A DNA stretch of 64,000 nt from Laetmonice hystrix (lineage: Eukaryota): positions 21,144,001 through 21,208,000 of the forward strand of contig OZ249436.1 in the NCBI GenBank assembly GCA_965235115.1, written 5' to 3'. A program made the translations under genes and the position numbers. Every line of letters begins with the position of its first letter. Positions within the stretch are counted from its first letter, which is position 1. Positions 1-13,860 of the stretch are shown piece after piece. Below the pieces are notes generated by a model. The model was not told the DNA's origin, did not search any database, and saw nothing but the letters and a program-made list of their open reading frames with translations.

Positions 1-3000
1 CTGACGGCCACCTATTAGTTCCAGGCCTGTTGCCTCTCCCATGCCTTACCGCGACTTTTCTATACACAGCTCACAATGTTATGTCAACCTCGGCCGCTGC
101 CATGTTTCCCCCCTCCACCCAGATCAAAGAAGGACCCACTCACCCGCTCACCCCTCTACCTGTCAGCAGGTGAGCTGAATAGTGAATGAGGTAATACCAT
201 ATGGGAAAGACGGCGTTTGGTTAGGCCTGCACGGCTGGCTGCACGCCGATCTCAGTACTCCCCTCCCTCCTCTCCTCTCCCTCTTCCCCATCCAAACTCA
301 CTGATCCCGGTCCGTACTGTAGACTGAAGCATATCTGGACAACCATACCTCCCAAACATTTTAACATAATTCATCTGGCAGGATGATAAAATAATATAAT
401 TCACCTGACATGGAATTATCGCTGTGTGATAATGAAAATAATTCAGTCCTAATTCGTCATGGGACTATTTCCTTTTGAACTCCGACCCCCAGACCACCCG
501 CCCGAGATTGCTCGCACCCATCTGCCTCTGCGGGGACTGAAAAACGCTTGTCCACATCACAGGGTTTTCCTTCAAACTGGAATAGTGTCTAGCGACTTCT
601 ATTGATAGGATGGCACAGCTCAGGTTATAATAGGGAGGATCCCCCTGTCTGATTGTCTAAACTGTTCACGTTACTGCAGCTAACCATGGGTTCCTGAATC
701 CAATATCCCTGTGGTCGGCATTGGGATCTGACCATGCCTGTGTGACAGAGATATATGAACACGGGTGGAGGGTACATTGTGTATATATATATGATGTAAA
801 TTAGCTGCCACCTAAGCATCCTTAGCATATTTGCAGGCAAGTTGACCACACTGATGACTCATACTGGTGGGAGTCTAAAAATACTACACGAGAACGGTTG
901 CGTCCTTTAGACCCTTAACTAGGCAGACAGACGTCACCATATGAGGTAATACGGTATTACATCAACAGCAATGACCGTATCACAAGGTGCTGACAACTTG
1001 TAAACTAGCTATCTTCTTTGTCATAATACTCTACTCATGTATTACTCTCGTACCTCGGAAGGGGTCTCTGCATCACTAGAGAAATACGGTCCGAGAAATA
1101 CACGTACACTCAAACTCAACCAGTACACAACAAATGTATGGAGAGTCCAAGAAAATACCAAATTCAAGCTTTTAGAAATTCTCGCAACTGGCCTCAATAA
1201 ATGAAACTGTACCTTGTGGGGATTTTTGGCAATTAACTCAGAACAAAGGGTGTCAAATGAGATCCGTTTAGAAAATTAATCTGTGAGGGGAAATGACAGG
1301 CCTTTGGCTTACCGCAGTGTGAAAGACTGACTCACACAGCCTGAGGCTATAGCGGACACAGCCCGAGTCTGCATTCAAGGCTTCACTGTACAGTTTAAGG
1401 TTTCCTTATCAATTGAAACAGACTGGGTGTAGTTTCGATCTTTGTACCTACCCCCCAGACCATACAATACGGGTTTGGCTACATGTTGTGGGGGTGGAGA
1501 GGCTTTGAACACCCCCCCCCCCCCGCCCTCCGGGTATCCCTACGTAACCAATATGTGAGCCCGAGACCGGTGGTTTAACCATTAATACCATGACCACCAT
1601 GACACCACATCATGTGGTCATGCTTCCATCTTGTCGGGGTCAAAGGTTAGTAAATCTAACCTCCCCCGCCTTGTATCTCCCCAGACCACTTCCTGTGTGA
1701 CTCCCAGAAACTTGATGTTGCAAACACAAGCCTTACTTCCTCTACTCTAGTTTATCCAAACACAATCCGTTAACAAAGCTTACTTCCGCCAACACTTCCT
1801 GGCACCCACTGATAGCGATTAGTTCAACACCGTACAATTTCACGGAGGTTTTGAGCCAACCAGAATGGAAATGATCCCAGTTACATTGTTAAAAACACCA
1901 ACAACCGCTCAAACTGACCGATAGATGCTATATGTATATGTTGTACATAATTTAACACCTTTGAAACATTATAGACTGTTTTCCCAGTGGAAGTAGTATG
2001 TTCAATATAAGAAACTCCAATATCTATGATTGTTAGCAGGTGCAAGTACTGTACTTGGACCACTGGGACCAGGCTGGGACCACGTTACCCGACCACGTGG
2101 GGAGACCCGCCAGACTCGAAACACAAAGACAGAAAAAACCCATCTGGTAAGGATTCCGGGCCGCAGGGGGGCGGGGCGGGCCGGGCCGCAGGGGGGCGGG
2201 CCACGGAGGCTGCAACTCACTTCTCTGATCCTTGGGGATCCTTGCCTCAATCCACATGGCAACAACATGGTCGCCTTGTCAAACTCGGGAGTAACACGGC
2301 AACATGTGGCTTTCTGTTAACATAAGGTCGGCAAGTTCAAATCTAACAGTTTTATTACCAGCACGCTCAACTGGAAGACATTTTCCCGTCTGACCACCCA
2401 AATTCCAAAGGCAGTTTTTTTTTAAATATAATAATATTTTTAATACAATGTCATATCGCATACCAGTGAAGTGCGACCGTTGGCGATGTTTTTCAGTCTA
2501 AATTTTACACACACTTTTCAAGGCAATCGGAGTTAGGTCCAAGTCATGACTCTTCTACATTCATAACTGAGGCACCTTTTTGGATCTAAAAGCTTGAAAA
2601 AAAACCTCTTCATAAAAAGCATTCAAATAACATCGAAGAATGGCCTCCCATTTCTGGTGCTCAGAGTTTCAAATAACCTAAACTTCAATAAAAACATAAT
2701 GCAAGAGTTAAAATAGTATCTAGCAGATCGGACAAGTCCTATGTCCCTGTCATTTTGTTAGATACGAATGGGACCCACAGGAGTCTGCAACCATACACCG
2801 CTAAACTTGATACCAGCAACAGCTAATTGCGCAAGTATCTAAAGACTGGTTGCACAGACAGTACTCAGACCTGCAGCTGTGACCTACCAAGACACCTGTC
2901 TAATAGAGCTCACCTTACATCATCTGCATTCATTTAATCGGTCCCTAGTTACTGGCTCTACCGAATATCACGGGACGCCATACATCAACTACTAGGATTC

Positions 3001-3696
3001 AGTTATATTATATCTGTCCGACTACTTGTCTGAATAATGCTGTCAAACAGATACCATCTAGATGTTCCAGGCAGAGGAATGTTTAAATTCCGTGAAAAGT
3101 ACCAACTTCAAAGCATGATATCCTCAAAAATATACACAAATACATGCACTTATAAAATTTAGAAAGGAATTAAGAATAACCCGATGAACCGGTAACGGTG
3201 ATATTCCGTGAGAGGGGCACATCTACCCCCCCCCCCCCCCCCGTCCATCCACCCACGGACACAGACCTTCACACTGCCGACACATTGATCCTCCGGGGTT
3301 ACAGTATTGATCTCCTGTCTGGATGTCTACACCAGCGTGAACACCTGAAGGACATCCATGAGCAGCTGTTCTCCGGGCGTAGTCTCTGAGAAAGCCTTCC
3401 CCACTTAACCCTTCACAGACCAGTAATCACCGATTTATTACCCAAGTACATGTACCGCACATGTCAACCTCAATCCCGGCCAATTCCTCACCAAATCCCG
3501 CTGCTACAGCCACCGAGTTTCAAACGTAGTGCGATCATCTGCGGCCAGGGTAGAAAATCTACAGGCAGTGCTAATAATCAGCTGGGGACCAGACACTGTG
3601 ACGGGTCTATTCAGCCAGGTCTCGCTGGCCGGAGGCAGACCAGCCAGACTGAGATGGGCTAGACGGCAGCCGTCAACTCGAGAACAGACCGTGCGT

Positions 3697-5097
3697 CCAC
3701 ACCGACAGGGCCCCAACACCTGATGGCTGTTGTCCACACAGTGTTATATAGTCACCCTGTCCAGGTCTGCGGCCCCATGCCCACACACCGACAGGGCACC
3801 ACCACCTGATGGCTGTTGTCCACACAGTGTTATATAGTCACCCTGTCCAGGTCTGCAGCCCCATGCTCACACACCGACAGGGCTCCACCACCTGATGGCT
3901 GTTGTCCACACAGTGTTATATAGTCACCCTGTCCAGGTCTGCGGCCCCATGCCCACACACCGACAGGGCACCACCACCTGATGGCTGTTGTCCACACAGT
4001 GTTATATAGTCACCCTCTCCAGGTCTGCGGCCCCATGCTCACACACCGACAGGGCACCACCACCTGATGGCTGTTGTCCACACAGTGTTATATAGTCACC
4101 CTGTCCAGGTCTGCGGCCCCATGCCCACACACCGACAGGGCACCACCACCTGATGGCTGTTGTCCACACAGTGTTATATAGTCACCTTGTCCAGGTCTGC
4201 GGCCCCATGCCCACACACCGACAGGGCACCACCACCTGATGCCTGTTGTCCACACAGCGTTATATACGGTAGCCACCCTGTCCAGGTCTGCGGCCCCATG
4301 CCCACACACCGACAGGGCCCCACCACCTGATGGCTGTTGTCCACACAGTGTTATAGTCACCCTCTCCAGGTCTGCGGCCCCATGCTCACACACCGACAGG
4401 GCACCACCACCTGATGCCTGTTGTCCACACAGTGTTATACATGTAGCCACCCTGTCCAGGTCTGCGGCCCCATGCTCACACACCGACAGGGCACCACCAC
4501 CTGATGCCTGTTGTCCACACAGTGTTATACATGTAGCCACCCTGTCCAGGTCTGCGGCCCCATGCCCACACACCGACAGGGCACCACCACCTGATGGCTG
4601 TTGTCCACACAGTGTTATATAGTCACCCTCTCCAGGTCTGCGGCCCCATGCCTACACACCGACAGGGCACCACCACCTGATGGCTGTTGTCCACACATGC
4701 AGTGTTATATAGTCACCCTGTCCAGGTCTGCGGCCCCATGCCCACACACCGACAGGGCACCACCACCTGATGGCTGTTGTCCACACAGTGTTATATAGTC
4801 ACCCTGTCCAGGTCTGCGGCCCCATGCTCACACACCGACAGGGCACCACCACCTGATGGCTGTTGTCCACACAGTGTTATATAGTCACCCTGTCCAGGTC
4901 TGCGGCCCCATGCCCACACACCGACAGGGCACCACCACCTGATGGCTGTTGTCCACACAGTGTTATATAGTCACCCTGTCCAGGTCTGCGGCCCCATGCC
5001 CACACACCGACAGGGCACCACCACCTGATGCCTGTTGTCCACACAGCGTTATATACGGTAGCCACCCTGTCCAGGTCTGCGGCACCATGCCCACACA
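3697..5097. repeat. 86-bp minisatellite, ~16 copies
   Basis: Unit caccgacagggcaccaccacctgatggctgttgtccacacagtgttatatagtcaccctgtccaggtctgcggccccatgcccaca; ACCGACAGGG recurs at 3701, 3787, 3873, 3959 and onward. Confidence 0.98.
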
Positions 5098-5149
5098 ACA
5101 CGTCTGGGAGGGCAACAAACATCTTATTTGGGTGATCACAGGAACTCCC

Positions 5150-5255
5150 CTTCGTGTTTTATGTGAGAAGGTTTATATTTACTTGCTACAGGGTCAGTGG
5201 TTTTGCCCGGGTACCCAGGTATCCCAACTGACCACCTCGAAATGACCATAGCAGC
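5150..5255 (+). mobile_element. Degenerate SINE remnant (Meta/V-type conserved core)
   Basis: ggtcagtggttttgcccgggtacccaggtatcc...aactgaccacc resembles the GGTTTTCTCCGGGTACTCCGGTTTCC core of aquatic-invertebrate SINEs. Confidence 0.5.
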
Positions 5256-6252
5256 TGATCTCATCACCGATTCCCACCCATCACACCAACGAAAGTAGAC
5301 GAAACGACACCATCTCTCCGAATAAAAAAAACTCTTTCCCCTTCGTTTTAAACACTGTACAGGCGGCCGTCTAGGTACCCTCAGTTTGAGAGAACCTTAG
5401 TCCTTTATACAGAATCAGACTCAACCCCAGAATACCGGTAACGGGACAACCATTACAACTCCTAACGTGCACTCCCCTCAGGGTCTGGAGTGGTTTCCCC
5501 GAGAATATTTCAGTTAGGCAAGTGAACTGGGGGGGGGTTAACCCCTTGAACTTTCTCCCTCTTCCTTTCCATGCCCACTGCCATCAGACAGGGACTGTAT
5601 CAGTGTATTAACGTTCCGTCCAGTGTGGATAAAGCCACAGCTGCTATTAATTTACAAACGTCAATCTCATAATGCACTGACATCGTGACTCCAATTGACA
5701 CAATACTCCCTAACTAGACACCAACCGGCGTGCAGTTGTCTAGGCAAGGGAAGGCGTTAAGACTGTTTCTTATGTACCAGAACATTTTGTTCTGGTCGAG
5801 TGAGTCCATATCTTGGGGAGATACATAATGGTCGCGATTCCTCTGAGGCTCATGCTATTCGAATCGGTGTGAGTTCGATTCAACTGGGTTGCTTTGGGAT
5901 ATTTTAAAAGTTAACTGGGTTAACCCTGATATCCGTGCACAGTAGGGGAAAGAATAGAGTCCTGCTGCTATCTGCCCTTGGCGAAAAAACAGACACATTG
6001 ATGATTGGCTATATGCAAGCGATCGTCTGGTCTCCAAAATAAATAATTCTTACCATAAAAAAAAACTACGGAGTAATTGGTGCCTCACTGTACAATAACA
6101 CTTTCTTGTCTATTACAGTAACCTGTCATAGTTTAGTGCATACACATTTGTAACCCTGGTAGTGGTCATTCAGTGCTGGAGAGGCCTGGGGAGACTAGCG
6201 CGTGCCATCTGTCTTCACGCTCCAGGCTCACAACCCGAGGCTGAGCGCTCTG

Positions 6253-6333
6253 GCTGCTGATGCTGATGCTGGTGCTGCTGGTGGTGCTGGTGCTGGTGGT
6301 GCTGGTGGTGCTGGTGGTGGTGGTGGTGCTGGT
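6253..6333. repeat. (GCT/GGT)n trinucleotide microsatellite
   Basis: gctgatgctgatgctggtgctgctggtggtgctggt... Confidence 0.92.
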
Positions 6334-7351
6334 TGAGGCGCACTGACTCCACTCACAGAGAACATGTCGGAACCAGCCGACCAGCCAAGCCCTATCTGTC
6401 TGGGTGCTAAGTGGATGCTTCCAAAACCACACCAGCTGCTACATCTGCAGCACGCATAGATGCGACTCTTGATAACTACTGCTCACAAAACGTCGACTGT
6501 CTGGACGTTACGGTTATAATGATGTTGGCACCCATGGGGCCCATTGGGCAATGCAAAATTTATGTTACCTGGTACATGTATAATCATTACTTTGATAACG
6601 TGGAGGTAGATCAGTAAGTCTCGAGCTAATAGGTTAGAAACGATCTTAATACTGAATTTTAACGTTTCAATAAATTTCGTTGTGCACAGTATTTTGTTGG
6701 GGTTATGACAGGATCTGTCTCTGACAGGGCCGGAGGTTTGGCCAGGAAAAATTCCTTGTACGCCCACATTACCGGAAACACAACCAATTGTCATCATTAT
6801 CATATTAATTAAAGAAATTCTAAAGTTCTTAATTACGTTGTTGGCAGCCAGGGATATTTGTTATTTCTTCTAACAAGTATGAAAAACGTCACAAATGTAG
6901 TCCCTTTGACTTGAACTAACTGATTGGGCGTCGTCGACCTCCCTTAATGTACTCTACTCGCATCCTTTTTTTTAAGTTGTCTTTTTACCGAAAGTAATGA
7001 CACGGCGAATAATGGGTCGAGCGGTGCAGAACGAGCACTCTACCGGCTGGGTGGAGTCAGTGTGATGATTGACAAGGTGGGCGTGGCTCCGTGTGACAGC
7101 TGTCTGCCTCTACCGTCCTCCCACAGAGACAGACCGACTTCCAAGGTAAATTCTACACTCAATCCTCTCACGTGGTGAAGATACTTCACCTGTAGATGCT
7201 TCCAGTGTAGCAGTCCGACCTACGGGAACGGTGCTGTTCCTGCTGTTCCTGTTTTCTGGTCATAAACCACTCACTTTCCGCTAACGTAATTCACCGACCA
7301 GTTAAAAACAATGTCTGACTTCTCAAACTATTTACATAATCGTCGCAATCA

Positions 7352-7630
7352 TGCATCCTCCCAAAACGCATCCCCTACCCCTCCCATCCTCCCAACACGC
7401 ACCCTCTCACCCTACCATTCTCCCAACACGCACCCCCCTCCCATTCTCCCAACAAGCATCCCCTCCCCCTCCCATTCTTCCAACACGCACCCCCTCCCAT
7501 CCTCTCAACACGCACCTCCCCTCCTATTCTCCCAATATGCATCCCCTCCCCATTCCATTGTCCCAACACGCTCCCCTCCTCCTCGCACTCTCCCAACACG
7601 CATCCCCCTCCCATTCTCCCAACACGCCCG
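7352..7630. repeat. Degenerate ~30-bp C-rich minisatellite
   Basis: Recurrent ccattctcccaacacgca(t/c)cccctc, ~9 units. Confidence 0.9.
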
Positions 7631-8897
7631 TTTTTAAAGGGTACAAACACACGAAGATGTAGAACATGGCAGGTACCGGTATTGGTGACACTATATATTC
7701 ATGACGTAATCAGTTTACATCAATGAAAAAACTCATACTCGGGTCAATTCTTCTCCAACAGTTCGGTATCACCGCGAGGTCTGGGGATCCTCATGACTGA
7801 AGGGGGGACCTTCTGGAGAATTTCTTGTCATGATCTGAAGTTTATAGACGTCTAGAGAGAGATAAACGTGTGTCCTCGGTAGCTGTGACCATAGACATAG
7901 AGTCTACTCTAGGTCTATGCTGTGACGTACTGTTCGTCAGACTTCGTCAGGTATTTAATGTTCCTCATACAGTTTTTAATCTCGGGTCCCCTATGTGTTC
8001 CTCATTAAGTACTTATCTCAGGCGCCTGCTGTATTAAATCATTGCTAATCAGGTACTTACGATGTCTTCCATCTGCTGCTCCTGACTAAACACTGACTAG
8101 CTATTTACCATTCCAGCCTCTGTACCAACATGTCTCCACAAATCCAACTTAATGACTCACCTGTAAATAATATAACACACGAAGGTCACATAATGAAACA
8201 ATTGTAAGATGATAATAGCTCTTAATACGCCAGCCATTACATAGTTGTCTGACTTTCCCCACTAATTACCCCTCCATCATTGCAAACTGCAGATCAAAAG
8301 ACTAATTGCGTGTCTTAAGGCAGTCCAAATTTCGCTTGAGGCCATTGGGCTCTTGATAACATTCATGGACAAAAACTACAATTCCATCTCATATTCAAGT
8401 ACGTGTAGTGTCATGGAATATTTCATGGCAAAGCGGTACGAACAAAATGTTTTTAATCATAATTGTAAGGGCAATTTTCTAGATTTAGACTTGTTCCGGG
8501 CCCCGTTTCTGGGTGCAAGTAACTGCTAGAACTCATGAACTGTAGATTAAAACCATTCCATCCAATGATCTACAGTTTCAGAAGATATATATTTATACAT
8601 TTTCTACACAAGTCTTGGAATAAATGCTGTCATAGTGTCAGGTATTCTCTCGTTCTACTTTAGAAACTGTGTGAGGGAGAGGGAAACACACATACTCATC
8701 CTCGCGATCATAACACACAAAGGTTAAAAAAACTGTAATTCGATATATTTAAAGAGACCTATGCGTACAATCGTCCTGTCGATGATGTTGGGAGCAAGTA
8801 TTAAATATTTAATGTTGGTATCATACTGCTTCTGAATCTTTAGAAAAAAACGACTGCATCTTGCTTGGACTGATTCGGTCCGACTTACTGACGTTTA

Positions 8898-9522
8898 AGC
8901 CTGATACACACGATCCAACTTTTTGTTGGACCCAACAAATCTGATGAAAAGTAGGATCCAACTTGAGCCACACACACGATCACACTTTTCTATCCAACCT
9001 CATCCAACACACAGTGGATTTTCCCTCCATTTCTTGACATCTATTATAAAATTTATAAGTATATCACAGACAAGGCCAAGGCTATTACTTAGCTGATGCT
9101 GTAAAGATGGAGTCAGATAGGCGGGCCACGATAAAGGTATAGCATCACTGGGGATCATGGGATTATTATTATTATTAATAATAATTATTCATTATTATCA
9201 TGGCCCTAATTATTCGGAAGAGGTACCAGCATTTCGTTAGACCATGCACATCTCGTCTGCTTCCCTGACGCTATTTTGCTGACCTCAAACCATGTGGCGC
9301 GGGGTCACATATTTGCTGGAGAACTTCTGATTGGTTCTTGTAGTGTTCTGACATTTGACACCATCCAACTTGTTGGATGAAGTAGAGACGAGTTCAACTT
9401 CATCCAACCAAAAAACTTGTTGGATAGAGGCTGTTTGATGATATCACACACGACCCAACTCCAACCAACAAGTTGGATCCAACCGTGTTGGGTCCAACTT
9501 GTTGGATCGTGTGTATCGGGCT
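8898..9522. mobile_element. PIF/Harbinger-like MITE
   Basis: TIR AGCCTGATACACACGATCCAAC / GTTGGATCGTGTGTATCGGGCT; flanks TTA and TTC; many internal TCCAAC/GTTGGA subterminal motifs; no ORF. Confidence 0.8.
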
Positions 9523-12500
9523 TTCACTACTGGACACATCCACATGTCGTACGCGCTGACTTTGTTTACATTCCCATTTGTTTACACTCCGATTTCAAAC
9601 CATTCTTTGCTAACATTTGTAGCGATTAACGAACAAAATTATCACTAAGTTCTATGTTAGGATGGGTTGATGTATTGTTGACTACATGGGTTTAGAAATA
9701 CGTCCTGTCCATGTACTGAGGGGATCCCCACCCAGGACTCCATCCCGAGGCTCTGTCCCCGGTCACGTGCTCACATGTCGGGGGATGCCCAGGTCTCCGA
9801 TGAAACGAGCATCATTAATTCTGGATGCTGCCACAACAGCCAGGTGAGTTAGCTAGTGAGGTGAATACCTGGGTGCCAGGTGGTAGCCAGGTGTACTGCA
9901 GCTGTCATCATCTGGTAGTTAATAATCTCTCAGTATCGGGGCGGCATCAAGTCCGTCACAATAACAATCATCATTGGGTGATATTTTACGGCTATGATGT
10001 TTCAAATCCATAAACATCCGTTAATCCTTGCTATATACCATCAAAACGATATCAACAGTAACGGTAACACCCCTTCTTTTGTTTCCTGGAAGGACCTCAT
10101 GATATGAGATTGTTTTCTTACGGGAAACCCGATTACTTTTCGGGAACCTGACAAAAAGATCCAGTTTTTACTGATCGCATGTCTTTCACTTTCGTTTTAC
10201 TTACACGATATGTGATGACAATCTGCGACCTTGACTCAAGGTAAGAATCAATACACGGGTCAATTCACTGCCCTCAGTCAAAGCTGCTTATAGCAACTTT
10301 TTCTAAAAACACACTTTGCTGTACATCTGGTACCGTCATCTGATAGAGAGTGATAGCTTGAAGAGATTTCTCCACAGCCACTCCTGTCAAAGGTGTGCCA
10401 CATACAGGAATGCGATACTCTTGTCCCTCAGTGTCGGATTGCTTCAAAGTATTGTGTTGAAATATCTTTGCGTAATTTGTTACAGTTCATGGCCTTTCGT
10501 CCCAAACACAACATAGCCATTTACAAATGTATACTGAGGTGACGCAGTGTCCTAACGTTGCTACTGTCATATAAGCGTTTTACTTCTCTCAAACTGTTGT
10601 AATATTTCATGAAGCATTCGTGTTTTTGGTGATGTTGATGAAGTGCAGGGTCATAAATCCCTGGTATTCCCTAAATCAACCACTAAACCTATGCGATGTT
10701 TAACACTACCCTGGGATCCCTGGCATACATATATTATATACATGTTTTTGTACTTATATACAATACAAGGCCGAGCACCGAGAACCTGTCTAGTGTAGTA
10801 CAAAACTCTGTAACAGTACTAAACTTGCCCAAACATTCAGCCATACCAGGTTCCTCGGCTGAGTAAAGTTAATTCTCTCACTACTGTGGCCCAGTGGATC
10901 GTGACGTCAGGAGTACAATGTAAGTGAAGGTAAGAAAACCCTGACAAAAGTAGTCTCACCAATGTGGGGGGGGGGATTGGCTGGGGCAGGGACGGTTGTA
11001 CACAGGTAGCTCTGTGCTCACTGCCAACCAATGTCATCTGCCGCCTTGGGAATGTACAGTCGTAGTGATATATAGTACAATCGATGAGTGGTGAGGGTCA
11101 ATGAACTTTGGTACGGTTTCCTTACCCGCTCACAACTGGGTGAGAGTCAGGAGAATTCAGCCAATGTCCCTGTTACACTTGATCTCAGAGGTCACGAGAT
11201 GAGTTCATGAGAGAATTTATCCCGGTTGTGTACGTAGACAGGGAGGAGTACAGTTATTTAGGAAACCTATTAATGAAGAGTCCACGCTTGATGCAGAAAC
11301 AATCCTTCACCAAATGTCTGCATGGTCAGTGTGGAAATGACGCGCCATGTCTTGGAGCAAATCGTAGAAAAAAGGGCAACATGGCTGCGATTACGATACG
11401 TCTATCGCAGGACAAGATGACGGCGCCATGAGTGCGATGTCACAGTATAGTGGTGTCACCTTACTCATCTGTGACAGTAAATAAGTCATGTTAGGGAATC
11501 CATGACCCGAGCCCAGTGCGGGCGGGTTACCTGGGCAAGGCGCTCAGTTAGTATTAAAGCCCCCCCCCCCCCAAGTCTTCACCGCCTCACGCCACAGTTC
11601 ACAACGGCTGCCATTAACTAAATCTAGGTACTTCTCAATCATAACTTACAAACAATAATCATTCGGACAGATTTACAGATTTACATTGCCAGTAGTCCGT
11701 TGCTAATATTACCTATAAGACATTCAATCATAATCTTTGTTAAAGATAAATTGTTTATAGCTGAATGCAATTTACTACAGGGTATACATACTGATATTAT
11801 CAGGATCTGGTATTCACAACTGTATAAAATTTTCCAATCAGGAAGTTTAAAATTTAATAGTAGAGTATTTAACGTTTACTGTGAGCCACTGAAGGCACTC
11901 CACCTCCCAGCCCATAAACCTGAAATATATAATCTTTCACTGTATAGACATCTTGAGTTTATCATGTATGGGTTGTCAAGGGACTTTTATTTTATGAAAA
12001 TGGTAGCAAACAATCACACATGAGGGCCCGTAGTCCCGTCACTGTGGGATCGGCAAAGATATAAATGATGAAAACCTCTGTTGCCAGATGTTTACGTATT
12101 TACTATTATGACATAGACAAGCCGATAACGGTTTATCTCAGAGGATCACAGATGATTTGTTGTATTGTGTCTCGCAGTTGAAGTTCTGAGACAATTGATT
12201 AGATTACGAAGTCGGTTCAAAATACGCACAAAAACACATAATGGCAAACCATTAATAAAATTATAGATCCATAGACATGAAATGTTCTTAGATAAATCTG
12301 ACAGAAGACTATCCATAATTGGTCAAATTAATTCAACTGACCTTGGTTTCTCAATGGCCCTATCAGCTGTGACAAGTGACTGGTGTACGAGTAACAAAGT
12401 ATGATATCATTGTGGAACCGGTTGGCCGGGGAAAAAGGTTGCCAAAACGAAACATTACATCACGGCCCTGAATCCAACTCCCCCAACAACTCCCAGGCCT

Positions 12501-12849
12501 TAAAAACCGACTAATAACCTAACGCCCTCCACGTGTCAATAAGTCAACAGCTGCACCTAACCTTGGTAGTTTTTTTTCCGCGTAATTACAATGTCCTACA
12601 AAAGCAGACGTCTCGGGAAGAAGTGTCACCTTAGTCGACTGCTGGCTGCTTGCCCGGTTTACTCGATGAGCTTGTTTACGCGTTCTGCCTATTCTGGGAA
12701 ATTAATGTTATGCAAATAATCAGATCCAACCAACAAATGATTGTTGCTGTCTGTAGCAATATCAGTACCGATATACAATGTATACATGACGGGCTAACTG
12801 TGAGGGTTGGACCACCATGGTCAATGTACGGGCCCATTAGGATTGATGT

Positions 12850-13860
12850 GAGACTATACGGCCAATGTGAGGGCCTCAGACTATGGTCAATGTGAGGGCA
12901 TCAGACTACGGTCAATGTGAGGTCGGGCCGCAGACTACGGTCAATGTGAGGGCATCAGACTATGGTCAATGTGAGAGCATCAGACTACGGTCAATGTGAG
13001 GTCGGGCCGCAGACTACGGTCAATTTGAGGTCGGGCCTCAGACTACGGTCAATGTGAGGGCCTCAGACTATGGTCAATGTGAGGGCCTCAGAATACGGTC
13101 AATGTGAGGGCCTCAGACTACGGTCAATGTGAGGGCCTCAGACTACGGTCAATGTGAGGGCCTCGGACTACGGTCAATGTGAGGGCCTCAGAATATGGTC
13201 ATTGTGAGGGCCTTGGACTATGGTCAATGTGAGGGCCTCGGACTACCGCCAAACTGAGGGCCTCGGACTATGGCCAAACTGAGGGCCTCGGACTATGGCC
13301 AATGTGAGGGCCTCAGACTACGGTCAATGTGAGGGCCTCAGACTACGGTCAATGTGAGGGGATCAGACTATGGTCAATGTGAGGGCCTTAGACTAGTATA
13401 CGGTCAATGTGAGGGCCTCAGACTACAGTCAATGTGAGGGCCTCGGACTACGGTCAATGTGAGTGCCTCAGACTACGGTCAATGTGAGGGCCCCTGACTA
13501 GGTCCAATATGAGGGACTGAGACGACGGTCTATGCTCGGTCTGAGACTACCGTCGATGAGAAGGCCGACTCATTCCGGTCTGTGACTTACTCAATGTCAG
13601 GGCCCGTTGAGCTCGATGTGATACCCCGGTTAATCTGAGGGCCTGCTGAGCTTAGTCTGAGACCTCAGTCAATGTGAGGGCCCGCTGAGCTCAGTACGGA
13701 CCCCCGTCAATGTGACTTCTGGCGCGCACATCTCAGTTTGAGACTTACTCAACGGGAAGGCCCTCTGAGCTTGGTCTCACCGTCTGAGACAGTCAACGTG
13801 AAGGCTGGCCCGCTCATCTCAGTCTGCAACTCACTCAATGTGAGGGTCCGCTGAGTTTGG
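12850..13860. repeat. 25-bp minisatellite (~26 copies to ~13510) decaying into a related longer-period tail
   Basis: Unit gagggcctcagactacggtcaatgt, some 29-bp variants; TCAATGTGAGGG persists to ~13845. Confidence 0.95.

Noticed and set aside
2221..2313. Minus-strand 93-nt segment bounded by AG and GTGAGT, as DOK7 exon 3
   Set aside because: It has a stop in the phase-1 frame required after exon 2 and no PH-domain similarity; at most a non-coding or cryptic exon.
3697..5097. 86-bp array as a CRISPR array, hammerhead-ribozyme satellite or repeat protein (ORFs at 4088-5245)
   Set aside because: No unique spacers; CTGATGG is not the CUGANGA core and there is no GAAA box; the unit is not a multiple of 3, so the ORFs are by-products.
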